Made by a program: the position numbers and the translations under genes. DNA of 64,000 nucleotides. Origin: Candidatus Poseidoniales archaeon. Lineage in GTDB: Archaea > Thermoplasmatota > Poseidoniia > Poseidoniales > Poseidoniaceae. This document shows positions 34,203 to 44,700 of the stretch, piece by piece. Each line of letters starts with the position of its first letter. The first letter of the stretch is position 1. The notes beneath the pieces are model-generated. The model was not told the DNA's origin. It made no database searches and saw only the letters and a program-made list of their open reading frames with translations. The stretch covers positions 3,891 through 67,890 of the forward strand of contig QQSK01000009.1 of NCBI GenBank assembly GCA_003602415.1, written 5' to 3'.

Positions 34203-36833
34203 ATGGCATGGCTGATAAGAAGAATCCTTCTCGGAGTTATGGGATGGACCATGGCTCAGGGAGAAATGCCTACGATTCGTGGTACTAATTGGAGCCCAGA
34301 AAGCGCTCTTGAATTCGTAAATCCGTTACCTTCCGAGGCTGCTAAATCCGAATTGTTAAGATTCACAGCAGAAAGGCATGATGGACATTTACAACTGGTT
34401 GGAGCTGTTTGGGATTTCGTTCACAGAGATGAGAAATCATTCGATGGTGATGCTTGGCACGATTTTTCTAATCGTTTTGCTGATGCTCTTCGTCAAGGCC
34501 TAACTGGTAGATTGAAAGTAAAGGGCCTCACCGAAGGGGAAATCATTCCTCGTAGAGATTCAAGCACTCATCTAGAAAGAAGAGGAGACCGGTTTCTCAT
34601 CGACATATCACTTTGCTTACGTAGGCTAGCACATTACATGTCTGTTACTAATGATATGCGTATGGAATGGCAACGCATGATGACCAGAACTCGTAATCTG
34701 GACAGCCATCTGAAAGAGATTTTTACTGAAGGAATGGACACTCCTGACGGAGGAAAGTTTGGAGGAAAAGGATTCAGATCTACATGGCAAGAGGCTTGTG
34801 TCGCTGTTGCTACAGCACTCAAACGCAATAGAGAAAACATTCCGGATTCACCTTATGATGGTGATTTTGTTGCCCCAATGATTCGAGATATTGGATTGTG
34901 TATGGCGATGGGAGATACTCCTGCAGACATAATGACTGCACAAATGGGAAAAATCGATTCTGTGATGAATGGAGGAATTGATGGAGCGGGTGGAAGAGAC
35001 CTACACGTCGGTTGTTTCCACCGTGGCGTTTTACCTCCAACAGCACCTCTTCCAATCGCTAGTGTAACACTGACCGGTATGGCATTATCGTCTTGGAAAA
35101 AAGGCGAACAGAGATTCCATGTGGCCTGTATAGGAGAAGGCTCATCATCTTCTGGTGAATGGTGGGAAGCCCTGAACCTTGCAGCAACTCGTGGCTTACC
35201 AATTTCCTATATTCTTCAGAATAATCAGATTGCTCTGGACACTCCTCCTGTGAATCAATCCAATGTCGAATTGTGGGCAGATAAGGCAGTTGCAATGGGA
35301 ATGCCATCATGGACAATAGATGGTTCAGACCCAGCATCTTGGCATTCATCTGTAGCATGTGCCCGAGAATTTTCACTTTCTGGAGGCGGTCCAACTTTAA
35401 TCCATGTTGAGACAATGAGGGGCTGCGGCCATGCTCACCATCATGACGATTTGTATCTTGGTGCACCATCTGGAACTCCTCCTGGCTATGTCGATAGAGA
35501 ACTGCTATCGTATTGGCAAGCTAAAGATCCAATTCCTTCTCACCGTGAATTGATGATTTCCCTTGGTTTTTCTGAAGAAGACATAAACGAAATGGAATCT
35601 GAAGAAGATACCTTGGTAAATGAGGCTAGAGAACATGTTGAGAACATGGGTTGGGCTAATCCTGAAACGGTAACAAAAGGAATTACCTCTCTTCATGATG
35701 CTGATTCTCATGAAGACCATTTGATTAGATTGACAGGTGATTCAATTCTGAAAGAAACACCTCCAGTGTTAGAAGTAGGCGAATGCTTACTTGAATATGT
35801 TGACAGCGGAGGCTGGACATATTCACGAGCTATTCAACAGGCAATGTGTGATATTGCCGAACATTATGGCGACTCGACAATTTTCATGGGAGAAGACATG
35901 GAAGTTGCAGGAGCATTTGGAATGAACATACCGCTCAAAGCGAATGGCCATCAGGAAAAATTGCTTGATATGCCTCTGTGTGAAGCTGTAATTATCCATT
36001 CTGCAACTGGAGCGGCATTGGCTGGAATGAGGCCAATGGCTGAGATTCAATTTGGTGGATTCGCAGCATTGGCTCACAATGCTCTATTGAATAATGCAGC
36101 AATGCTTAGATGGCGATGGGGAGCTAATGTGCCATTAACTATCAGAATCCCATTGGGCGCCCGTACTAGAAGTGGCCCTTTCCATGCAAATATGATTGAA
36201 TCATGGTATGCGAATGACCCAGGATTGGTTGTAGTTGCTCCAGGTACTCCTCAAGATGCATATGATCTGCTTAGAGAGGCTGCTGAGTTAGATGACCCAG
36301 TATTGTTCCTTGAGCATATTGGGTTATACGGGCTGCGAGGAGGCTTGACTGGTTGGGGCCAAAATATCAATCAAAAGGTCGATACTAAACCTGTGAATGA
36401 CGCTATTGCAGAAAATAAACGCCTCAAGATAGGCAAAGCCGGTGTGGTCAGAGGGGGTCGAGATCTAACTCTAGTCACATGGGGCGCTATGCTACATATT
36501 GCTAAGCAAGCAGCAGATGAATTATCCAAAGAAGATATCGAAGTTGAAATTATCGATGTCAGAACTTTGATACCTTTCGATGCAGAGACGTGTGTGTCTA
36601 GCGTACTTCGAACAGGAAGGTTGGTTATTCTACAGGAGGGACAATGGTTTGGAGGAATTGCTCATTCCATGCAATCTAGAATCTTGGAAGAATCATTCTA
36701 TGCTCTCGAGTCAGCACCTTTGGTTATTGGAGCACTGGATACACCAGTTCCATTTGCTCCACCATTAGAGAATCATACAGTTCCAAGCCTTGAGCATGTG
36801 ATTAAAGCTCTTCGTCAAGTGGCTCAGGGATGA
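34203..36833 (+). CDS. 2-oxoacid dehydrogenase E1, fused alpha+beta, with an N-terminal extension
   Basis: TPP motif GEG..x..NN, HAHHD, beta-domain GEDM, DMPLCE, EIQF, GPFH, VEIIDVRTLIPFD and PVPFAPPLE. The start may be 34251. Confidence 0.88.
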   Translation: MAWLIRRILLGVMGWTMAQGEMPTIRGTNWSPESALEFVNPLPSEAAKSELLRFTAERHDGHLQLVGAVWDFVHRDEKSFDGDAWHDFSNRFADALRQGLTGRLKVKGLTEGEIIPRRDSSTHLERRGDRFLIDISLCLRRLAHYMSVTNDMRMEWQRMMTRTRNLDSHLKEIFTEGMDTPDGGKFGGKGFRSTWQEACVAVATALKRNRENIPDSPYDGDFVAPMIRDIGLCMAMGDTPADIMTAQMGKIDSVMNGGIDGAGGRDLHVGCFHRGVLPPTAPLPIASVTLTGMALSSWKKGEQRFHVACIGEGSSSSGEWWEALNLAATRGLPISYILQNNQIALDTPPVNQSNVELWADKAVAMGMPSWTIDGSDPASWHSSVACAREFSLSGGGPTLIHVETMRGCGHAHHHDDLYLGAPSGTPPGYVDRELLSYWQAKDPIPSHRELMISLGFSEEDINEMESEEDTLVNEAREHVENMGWANPETVTKGITSLHDADSHEDHLIRLTGDSILKETPPVLEVGECLLEYVDSGGWTYSRAIQQAMCDIAEHYGDSTIFMGEDMEVAGAFGMNIPLKANGHQEKLLDMPLCEAVIIHSATGAALAGMRPMAEIQFGGFAALAHNALLNNAAMLRWRWGANVPLTIRIPLGARTRSGPFHANMIESWYANDPGLVVVAPGTPQDAYDLLREAAELDDPVLFLEHIGLYGLRGGLTGWGQNINQKVDTKPVNDAIAENKRLKIGKAGVVRGGRDLTLVTWGAMLHIAKQAADELSKEDIEVEIIDVRTLIPFDAETCVSSVLRTGRLVILQEGQWFGGIAHSMQSRILEESFYALESAPLVIGALDTPVPFAPPLENHTVPSLEHVIKALRQVAQG

Positions 36834-37401
36834 AGTTAGATAGTACTGCACCAATTACTGGTGCTACGATATATAGAATTAAATCTCCACTCTCAGTTAC
36901 AATATTTGGACCTAATGTTCTTGCTGGATTCATACTAGCTCCTGTGAATTTTCCAAATGTAAAGGATAGAATTGAAACCATCAATCCTACCCCTAAAGCC
37001 AATGTAAACAAACTCGCATTCCTTCTAACTAGAACATGAATTGAGTACATCAAAAGTAGTGTTATTGTAATCTCAATCCCCCATGCTTGTTCTAATGGAA
37101 CACTTGGGATGGTTTCTCCTGAAACCACAATCATTGCCGCCAGCCATGCACCCATGCATTGGGCGATAATGTATCCTGGAAGTGCCCTGGTCTCCAAATT
37201 TCCTTTAGCAGCAAAAGCGATTGAAACAGCAGGATTAATGTGGGCTCCAGAAATTGGTTGGAAAATCATTATCGCTGTGAAAACCGCGAATCCAAATGTT
37301 AGACTGATGGCTAATGGCGGCCAGTTCATAGCAACTGATCCACAACCCAGTAAAACCATCAAAAATGTTCCACCGAATTCGGCGAAATATCGATTCCACA
37401 T
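36802..37401 (-). CDS. Aquaporin (MIP family)
   Basis: AEFGGT, SGAHINPAVS and GASMNPARTLGP (two NPA boxes). Start is probably ATG 37401. Confidence 0.92.
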   Translation of the reverse strand: MWNRYFAEFGGTFLMVLLGCGSVAMNWPPLAISLTFGFAVFTAIMIFQPISGAHINPAVSIAFAAKGNLETRALPGYIIAQCMGAWLAAMIVVSGETIPSVPLEQAWGIEITITLLLMYSIHVLVRRNASLFTLALGVGLMVSILSFTFGKFTGASMNPARTLGPNIVTESGDLILYIVAPVIGAVLSNFIPEPLDEEL

Positions 37402-37487
37402 ATTTGGTACAAAATGAGTCACATTGATTGTTTTTGCCTATATATGCCGAGGTAACCCTGAAAGGGGGATTGCTTCTGTCTAAGGAT

Positions 37488-38615
37488 ATGGGAGAGGGCC
37501 CTAATCAGCAGGGTATTGGAGAATTACTTCAATGGAATGCGTTACTGATATCCTTCGCCTTATTCGTAACACTTGCATTACTTGGAACAATTACTGCCAA
37601 GAACGATTGGACAAATATTGGTATTTTGTTGGTTCTAATCATCATTGCCATCGCATTGTTGATCACTTCTGCGGATTTCTTTGTTGAAGGTGCCAAAGGC
37701 TTGGCTCGTAGAGCAGGAATGGCAGAAGTTGTAATTGGATTGACAATCGTAAGTATCGGTACATCATTGCCTGAGATTTTGGTCACTGCAACAGCATCAG
37801 CATCATCTGGTGATGACCCAGCCTTGATGGACCTTGCAGTTGGAAATATCTACGGTTCAGTACTGGTACAAATTACACTAGTGCTTGGTATTGTTGTAGC
37901 TTTCAAACCTCTAGAAATAAGACCAGCATGGCTAAGAAGAGATGGATTGCTGATGTTGCTTTCTGTATTGGTTCTAACCGCTTTACTCTGGGAAGGAGAC
38001 GGACTTAGTCGAATAGAAGGAGGTATTCTATGTTTGATTTATGCCCTTTATCTGGTTTGGTTACTCAATGATACTGAAAAGATTCGTGAAGACGAAAAAC
38101 AAATTGTGAACGAGATTAAGACTACAGAATTTAGTTGGACTGGAACTGCTTATCTGGTAATGGTAATCATTGGCCTTTCTTTAGCCGTTTATTCTGCAAA
38201 TCAATTAGTAGAATATGCTTGTGCTATCGCCTACAAATTGGACGTTCCTCATGCAATTGTAGGTTCAACGATGTCTGGGCTTGGTACATCACTGCCTGAA
38301 TTGACGGTGGCTATGGTTGCCGTTAGGAAGAGTCAAGGTGTTGCGATTGGTACATTGATAGGGTCCAATATCACTGACCCGCTACTGTCTATTGGAATCG
38401 CAGCATTAGTATCTCCAATCTCCCTAACCCCTGCCTCTTATGATCTTACAATGTATCTTATTATTCCAGCAACCATATTGGGAGCATCGTTGTGTTTGGG
38501 AATGATGTGGACTGGATTCAAGTTTAGCAGATTGGAAGGTAGTATACTGATTGGCTTCTATCTTATGTTCTTACTCTTAATTGAATTGCAAAGGCAAGGC
38601 TATTTGACGATTTGA
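37488..38615 (+). CDS. Ca2+/Na+ antiporter (CaCA, YrbG-like)
   Basis: Two alpha repeats, GTSLPE..GNIYGS and GTSLPE..GSNI. Start is probably ATG 37488. Confidence 0.92.
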   Translation: MGEGPNQQGIGELLQWNALLISFALFVTLALLGTITAKNDWTNIGILLVLIIIAIALLITSADFFVEGAKGLARRAGMAEVVIGLTIVSIGTSLPEILVTATASASSGDDPALMDLAVGNIYGSVLVQITLVLGIVVAFKPLEIRPAWLRRDGLLMLLSVLVLTALLWEGDGLSRIEGGILCLIYALYLVWLLNDTEKIREDEKQIVNEIKTTEFSWTGTAYLVMVIIGLSLAVYSANQLVEYACAIAYKLDVPHAIVGSTMSGLGTSLPELTVAMVAVRKSQGVAIGTLIGSNITDPLLSIGIAALVSPISLTPASYDLTMYLIIPATILGASLCLGMMWTGFKFSRLEGSILIGFYLMFLLLIELQRQGYLTI

Positions 38616-38658
38616 GTTTGATAGTACTGCTTATGCCTCATGGCTATGTGGGGCAAAC

Positions 38659-39807
38659 ATGGTCGCCTTCCAGTTGGATGAGATGCAAGAGATGTTGCGT
38701 GAATTAGCACATGAGTTTGCAATCGATGAAATCCGTCCAAATGCCGAGCATTGGGACCTCAATTCCGAATACCCGAAACAAGCAATCAATGCTGCACATG
38801 AAATGGGATTACTAAACCTACACATTTCCGAAGAATATGGAGGGCCTGGGCTCGGTTCAATGGAAGAAGTTCTTGTCAACGAAGAATTAGCATGGGGTGA
38901 CCCTGGATTTGCTACAGCGGCTTATGCTACAAGTTTGGCTTGTGCTCCACTGATTACAGGTGCAACACATGAACAGAAGGACAAGTATCTGCGAATGGTT
39001 GCTGAAGATGGTGCTCTAGCATCCTATGCGGTTACTGAGCCAGGCGCTGGCTCAGACGTTGCAGCTTGTAAGACCTTAGCGGTTAGAGATGGTGATGATT
39101 ATGTCATCAATGGTTCGAAAATGTGGATCACAGGTGCTGGTAAAGCGGATTGGTTCTTTGTTTTAGCTAAAACAGATCCTGATGCAGGATACAAAGGAAT
39201 GTCAGGATTCATCGTCGATGCCAATTCTCCTGGATTAACTCTAGGAAAGAAAGAGAATAACATGGGTCAAAGATGTTCAGACACTCGTTCAATTACCTTT
39301 GATGACATGAGAGTGCCCGCTGAGAATCTATGTGGAGGCTCAGAATCCGGAGGCTGGATGAATGCAATGAAGGCTTTCGACATGAGCCGGCCAAATATTG
39401 CAGCACACGCTACAGGTTTAGCAAGAGCTGCTTATGAGCATGCTTTGCAATATTCAGGTGAGAGGCAGACCTTTGGAAAACCCCTTCATCGTCATCAAGC
39501 AATCCAATTTATGCTTGCAGACATGAAAACAAAAATAGAAGCCTCAAGATTGTTAACTTGGAAATCAGCATCGGATTCAGATGCAGGAATTAGTAATACT
39601 GAGTCAGCGGCACATGCTAAGAGGTTCGCCTCAGATACTGCAATGGAAGTTACTACTGATGCAGTTCAAGTCTATGGCGGATACGGTTATTCTGAAGAAT
39701 ATCCTGTTGCTAGATTGATGAGGGGTGCTAAAGTTATGCAAATCTACGAAGGAAGCAGCCAAGTTCAAAGAATGATTATTGGGCGTGAAATCACCAAGGA
39801 CTTGTGA
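38659..39807 (+). CDS. Acyl-CoA dehydrogenase
   Basis: YAVTEPGAGSDV, INGSKMWITGA, MGQRCSDT, RQTFGK, QVYGGYGYSEEYPV and IYEGSSQVQR. Confidence 0.96.
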   Translation: MVAFQLDEMQEMLRELAHEFAIDEIRPNAEHWDLNSEYPKQAINAAHEMGLLNLHISEEYGGPGLGSMEEVLVNEELAWGDPGFATAAYATSLACAPLITGATHEQKDKYLRMVAEDGALASYAVTEPGAGSDVAACKTLAVRDGDDYVINGSKMWITGAGKADWFFVLAKTDPDAGYKGMSGFIVDANSPGLTLGKKENNMGQRCSDTRSITFDDMRVPAENLCGGSESGGWMNAMKAFDMSRPNIAAHATGLARAAYEHALQYSGERQTFGKPLHRHQAIQFMLADMKTKIEASRLLTWKSASDSDAGISNTESAAHAKRFASDTAMEVTTDAVQVYGGYGYSEEYPVARLMRGAKVMQIYEGSSQVQRMIIGREITKDL

Positions 39808-40355
39808 TTACAATGGCTAAATCCGTACCAGCCATTATTTTGGCTGCAGGGGCATCTTCAAGACTTGGCCAACCCAAATCATTGGTTCAATGGCAAGGAG
39901 AAACTTTGGTGGGACGTGCGGTTAGATTGTTGAAACAGAGCAATTGTTCTCCGATAGTAGTAGTCACTCGATCTGATTTACAAATCGATGTGATGTTATC
40001 TTGTCCAGATTCTACAATCGTTGTCAACCCTAATCCTGAACATGGTAGAACTGGTTCTTTACAAGTAGGATTAATTTCTCTAATCAGCGAATTAGGTCGC
40101 ACCCCAAGAAGAGTTTTGGTTTCTCCAGTAGACCGTTGTGGATGGACAGTTGAAACGGTTTCAAGACTTTTAGAATACAACGAAAACACCTCACCTATGC
40201 CTAGTGGTCATCCACTTTTATTGTGTGAAATAGAAAAAATTCTCTCCTTGCCTAAGGATGCCTCATTGAGAGATAGCATCGAAATAAACCGAATTCAAGC
40301 ACCCGGCGAACATATGAACATCGACACTCCCGCAGATTTGGAGGCATTGCAATGA
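39804..40355 (+). CDS. mocA: Molybdenum cofactor cytidylyltransferase-like NTP transferase
   Basis: ILAAGASSRLGQPK, NP, PVD, GHP and NIDTPADL. Overlaps both acyl-CoA dehydrogenase and xdhC. Confidence 0.8.
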   Translation: MITMAKSVPAIILAAGASSRLGQPKSLVQWQGETLVGRAVRLLKQSNCSPIVVVTRSDLQIDVMLSCPDSTIVVNPNPEHGRTGSLQVGLISLISELGRTPRRVLVSPVDRCGWTVETVSRLLEYNENTSPMPSGHPLLLCEIEKILSLPKDASLRDSIEINRIQAPGEHMNIDTPADLEALQ

Positions 40356-41155
40356 CTGCGCGCACTTTGCAATGGGCTTTACAACAATTGAGCCTCAATC
40401 GCAAAGTTGCGATCGCCAGCGTAGTTTCAACAGCGGGCTCAGTTCCTGGAAAAGAGGGTGCTAGGCTAGCATTGACAGATTTAGAAATCAATGGGACGGT
40501 AGGCGGAGCAGGCCTCGAAATGAAGGTAATTTCTCAACTGAGAGAAATGTTATCACAAGCGAACAAACCATGTGGAGAAATTGTGACCTATGGTTTGAAT
40601 AAAGGGGCCAAGGGCTATGAGGTAAGGCCTCTAGACAGTCTCTGTGGCGGCCGAGTAACCGTCGCATTAGAGGTTCTGATTCCTATGCCGCATATTCTTC
40701 TGATGGGTGGAGGTCACTGTGCAAAAGCGATAGCTGAGGCTTGTGGCCCTCTTGATTGGAAGTATTCGGTCCAAGATTCAAGAGCAGAATTTGCTGATTT
40801 GGAAGGTTCTGTTGAAACACATCATTCTTGTCCTAAGGATTTTCTAATGAATGAAGATAGTAGTTCACTATCACGCTTTAGCGATATTTTGCTTTTGGGT
40901 CATGATTGGAAGGAAGACGAAGAAAGACTTCTGGGTCTTTTGTTTTCAGGTTATGATGGTCGTCTAGGAGTAATTGGTTCAAAATCAAAATGGAATGCTT
41001 TCACCAAAGTTGCACTGGATGCAGGTATTTCTCAAGAGAAATTAGACACAGTAAATTGCCCAATAGGACTTGACATTGGTGCCGAGAGTCCTGAAGAGAT
41101 TGCTATCGCAGTTTTAGCAGAAATACTAGCGGCTCACAAGGGCGTTAATCCTTGA
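40352..41155 (+). CDS. xdhC: XdhC/CoxI-family molybdoenzyme maturation factor
   Basis: GSVPGKEGARL, GTVGGAGLE, CGGRV, GGGHCA and CPIGLDIGAESPEEIAIAVLAEI. Confidence 0.92.
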   Translation: MTARTLQWALQQLSLNRKVAIASVVSTAGSVPGKEGARLALTDLEINGTVGGAGLEMKVISQLREMLSQANKPCGEIVTYGLNKGAKGYEVRPLDSLCGGRVTVALEVLIPMPHILLMGGGHCAKAIAEACGPLDWKYSVQDSRAEFADLEGSVETHHSCPKDFLMNEDSSSLSRFSDILLLGHDWKEDEERLLGLLFSGYDGRLGVIGSKSKWNAFTKVALDAGISQEKLDTVNCPIGLDIGAESPEEIAIAVLAEILAAHKGVNP

Positions 41156-41678
41156 ATAGTGTTTTTCTGTAATGTCGTAACTCTTCGATAGATTCAATGA
41201 TATCATCTAATGCTCTATGTGCCTCTTTTTTGGCATATCTTGGTGCGTCAGGATACCATCTTCTTGCGATCTCTTTGATGCTTGAAACATCTACAATTCT
41301 GTAATGTAGCAATTCCAAAACTTCTGGCATTTCTTTGGCTAAGAATACTCTATCATTGTGGATAGAATTGCCACATAAAGGAGCGGTTCCAGGTTCTATA
41401 TTTTGATTAAGAAAAGAGCATGTTTGTGAAATAGCATCTTCTAAGGTTACTCCCTGATTTCTGACACGGTCTACAAGTCCAGAAGCGGTGTGATGAGTAG
41501 TATTCCATTCATCCATGTTATCTAGTAACTCATCGCTTACTTTGATTGCAAGGTTTGGCCCCTCTGCAATTATATTCAGCTCAGCATCTGTAATGATGGT
41601 TGCAATTTCGATAATCGATTCAGTCTCGATATCCAAGCCAGTCATCTCGAGGTCAATCCAAACCATTTCGTCTGCCAT
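41145..41678 (-). CDS. orn: Oligoribonuclease (DEDDh 3'-5' exonuclease)
   Basis: VWIDLEMTGLD, IIEIATIITD, MDEWNTTHH..SGL, PLCGNSIHNDRVFL, HYRIVDVSSIKE and HRALDDIIESIEELRHYR. Confidence 0.93.
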   Translation of the reverse strand: MADEMVWIDLEMTGLDIETESIIEIATIITDAELNIIAEGPNLAIKVSDELLDNMDEWNTTHHTASGLVDRVRNQGVTLEDAISQTCSFLNQNIEPGTAPLCGNSIHNDRVFLAKEMPEVLELLHYRIVDVSSIKEIARRWYPDAPRYAKKEAHRALDDIIESIEELRHYRKTLFKD

Positions 41679-41717
41679 GAACAACCGATGATAATCCAGC
41701 GTTTGATTATGGCGATA

Positions 41718-44700
41718 TCAAATCTCAACGAAATCAATCTTCAAGTTTCCATTTGGAGCAATAGAAACAACTGGCTTAAATCCATCGTGTGGAGTCGAGG
41801 CCAACGAATTCTGAATTGCTGCAGTAACACTAGGGTCTAGAAGTAAATCATAATCGAAATCACTTGTATCTAATACAGGTGCAGGGATTTCATTAACGTA
41901 TTTTTCTTCATCGATTTCATCTAAGTCAATGATTTCTTCTTCCTCATCTTCGATTTCATCTAGGTCAATGATTTCATCTTCCTCATCTTCGACTTCCTCG
42001 ACTTCTTCGATTTCTTCTTCATCTTCAAGGTCGGATTCATCCAAGACCGCTTCAGGAATATTTCTATTTCCTTGATCTAGGGCTTGGGTAATTGCGTCTT
42101 TAGCCTGAGAATATCCTTCATCGAAAACCGTTGAAATTTCTCCCATGCGGGATATGTATGCGAACCCGAATCCAAGTGCTACAACTCCTAAGAACATCCA
42201 TGTGACATTTGTATAGAGGTCGGTTTCAAATGTTAGAGACATCATGAATAATGAGAATATCGATCCCATAGAACCAACACCTCTTCTCCATGGAGTTTCG
42301 GTTTCATCACGGAATCCTTGAACTGCAATTCCAGATAGGAATGTAGCCCATATTGCCCATAGCATAGTATCTTGTTCAGCTTCTCCAATAGCCCATGAAA
42401 TACCGGATAAGAAGTAAGCAATTCCTAAGAGGCCGATTCTATCGATCCATCCATAATATTCAATTTCGTCTTGCCAATTGAATATTTTCCAGTTCCAAGC
42501 GATTTCAGTCTTAGATGCAATCAAGGTCATCAAGATTCCAGACAATATCAACACCGCACCTACTAGAACATCTTGTACAGTACCTACCTGGTCTAACCTT
42601 TCCAGTATATTCCACACTGCGAATGCATGCAGTAGAGGTAATGCTAAGATTGCATACTTCTGTCCATTGATGAAACTGTCATATGTCGCCCATATAGCAC
42701 CCACGAGAGTTCCAATTCCCTTGAACGCTGTCCATGAGAATGTTAGACAGAATATAGTCCAAATGCGCATTACTGTAGTCAACCTTTCACGGCCTTCGAT
42801 AGTTTCAAGGTCGAATGAAGAAACAGTTGATTTCTGATTCATTACTGCTTGATCTGCCCATTTGTAAATCCATCCCTTTTCACTGGCTTGATTCAGCATC
42901 AATGTGAAAATACCAGTTCCAAGTAAACTGTGAGTTAATTGGTCTATGCCATCGAAATGTGTGAAGTTTGAATCATTGCCGAAACCGATTAGGAATGAAA
43001 CTAGAATTAGTGGAGCACTCCAAGGAATGAATTCCACCTTTCCAGTCAATACAGAGTACATGGTCAGTAATATTGTGATTGTTAGCATTAACCAACTTGC
43101 TTCTGGTAATATGCCGAACAATCCCAATGTCAACCAAAATGCAGGAATTGTCATCGGCATTTCTTCTACACCTTCGTCAACACCATACTGCCTATCAAGG
43201 ATGCCTTTACCTAGAATGATTAGATTTGTGATTCCAATTATGATGAAGGAGAATCTGCTCAAATCAAGTAATGTGATTTCAGCAGGGTTGTAAGAGATTA
43301 TATCAAACATCGAGAGAATTTCAGCAACGACTGCTCCATCAGTTACGAAACGATCACCGCTTACATCTCCGTACAAAATAAATGAAATTGGAGCTATACA
43401 TAGAACTAGATTCAGTCTGTGTTTTAACGCTCTAGTGAACACCAATATGTACATTGAGAGGAACAGAATACCTCCGCTAGTGTCGAATAATCCAATGATT
43501 AGTAGACCGATTAATGTAACAACATCAGCAGCCTTGTTTAACGATTCATCATTGAGTCCTTTCTTGGCAAGAAGTATTGAAATTCCAACAGGTCCTGCTA
43601 GAAGGATCAAGTCAAACAAGATAGTCGTATTCAGAATAACGTCTGCATCTGCTCTTGCTTGATTCAAACTAAATGCCATTGGTGCAGCAACTGCAATCAA
43701 TGTGATTGTCGCAATCATTCTTCCAGTTGATGATGCTTCTTCTTCATCGATTACTTCTTTGATGATTATTCCGATAGGAATCACTAGTAACAATGTCCAA
43801 AGCAAATCATCGCCCAGACTTTGAACACCTACCGATGTTAAAGCAACAGTGAATAGAACCATTGGGCCAATTAGACTCATTCTTCCTAGAGGGCCCCAAG
43901 AATAATCCATGACATTGGTATTTTGATTCTGCGCTTTATCGGGAACTATCCACGCATTTTTCGTGGTATCGAATACTGGCATCATATTAGTCCTAGTACT
44001 TTCAGCCCAACTCATCATTACTCCAATATCTAATTCAATTGTTCTAAATTTCCTCATAGAAGCATAAACAATCAATCCAACTAATGCTAATGTTATGTTG
44101 AATCCTTGAAGTGTATCTGATATATTATCAGGAAGAGGAACTTCTAATCTATCGAATAGTGAAAGAATTACTGCAATGACCATTGAGCCAGCCGTGGCAG
44201 CTGAACCCTCGAATGCAGACTTACTGTCACCTTCTTTCTCAGCGTTCATCATCATCATGTATGCGGAAATAACAGCATACAAGAATAAAGTCCAAGGAAT
44301 AAATGGATCGTCACCAAATAGCACAGATTCAGATAATACCATCAATCCTAATGTTACGAAGTGCGCCCAATCAGAAAGATGACCCTTCTGTCTTCCAAGT
44401 TCACCACTCACTAATACTGCGATTAGAATTGTTGCTTCCAACCACCATGGCTCGAATCCCCCAGTGAAATGGGATTGTGCAAAGAATGAGAATCCCGTTG
44501 CAATCATAGTCATATTTGCAACCCAATTTCTTGTAACCTTAGATATTACAAGCAAGTATGGTAGCATAATTAGAGTGACCATCCAAGGAATCAATCCAGA
44601 GCTAGGAGTGATGATGAATAATGATGCAGCCAATCCTATTGGCATGTATGGAATTCTACGCTTCAATGTGGCTGGGAAATATGCAATCAAAACAGCCAAC

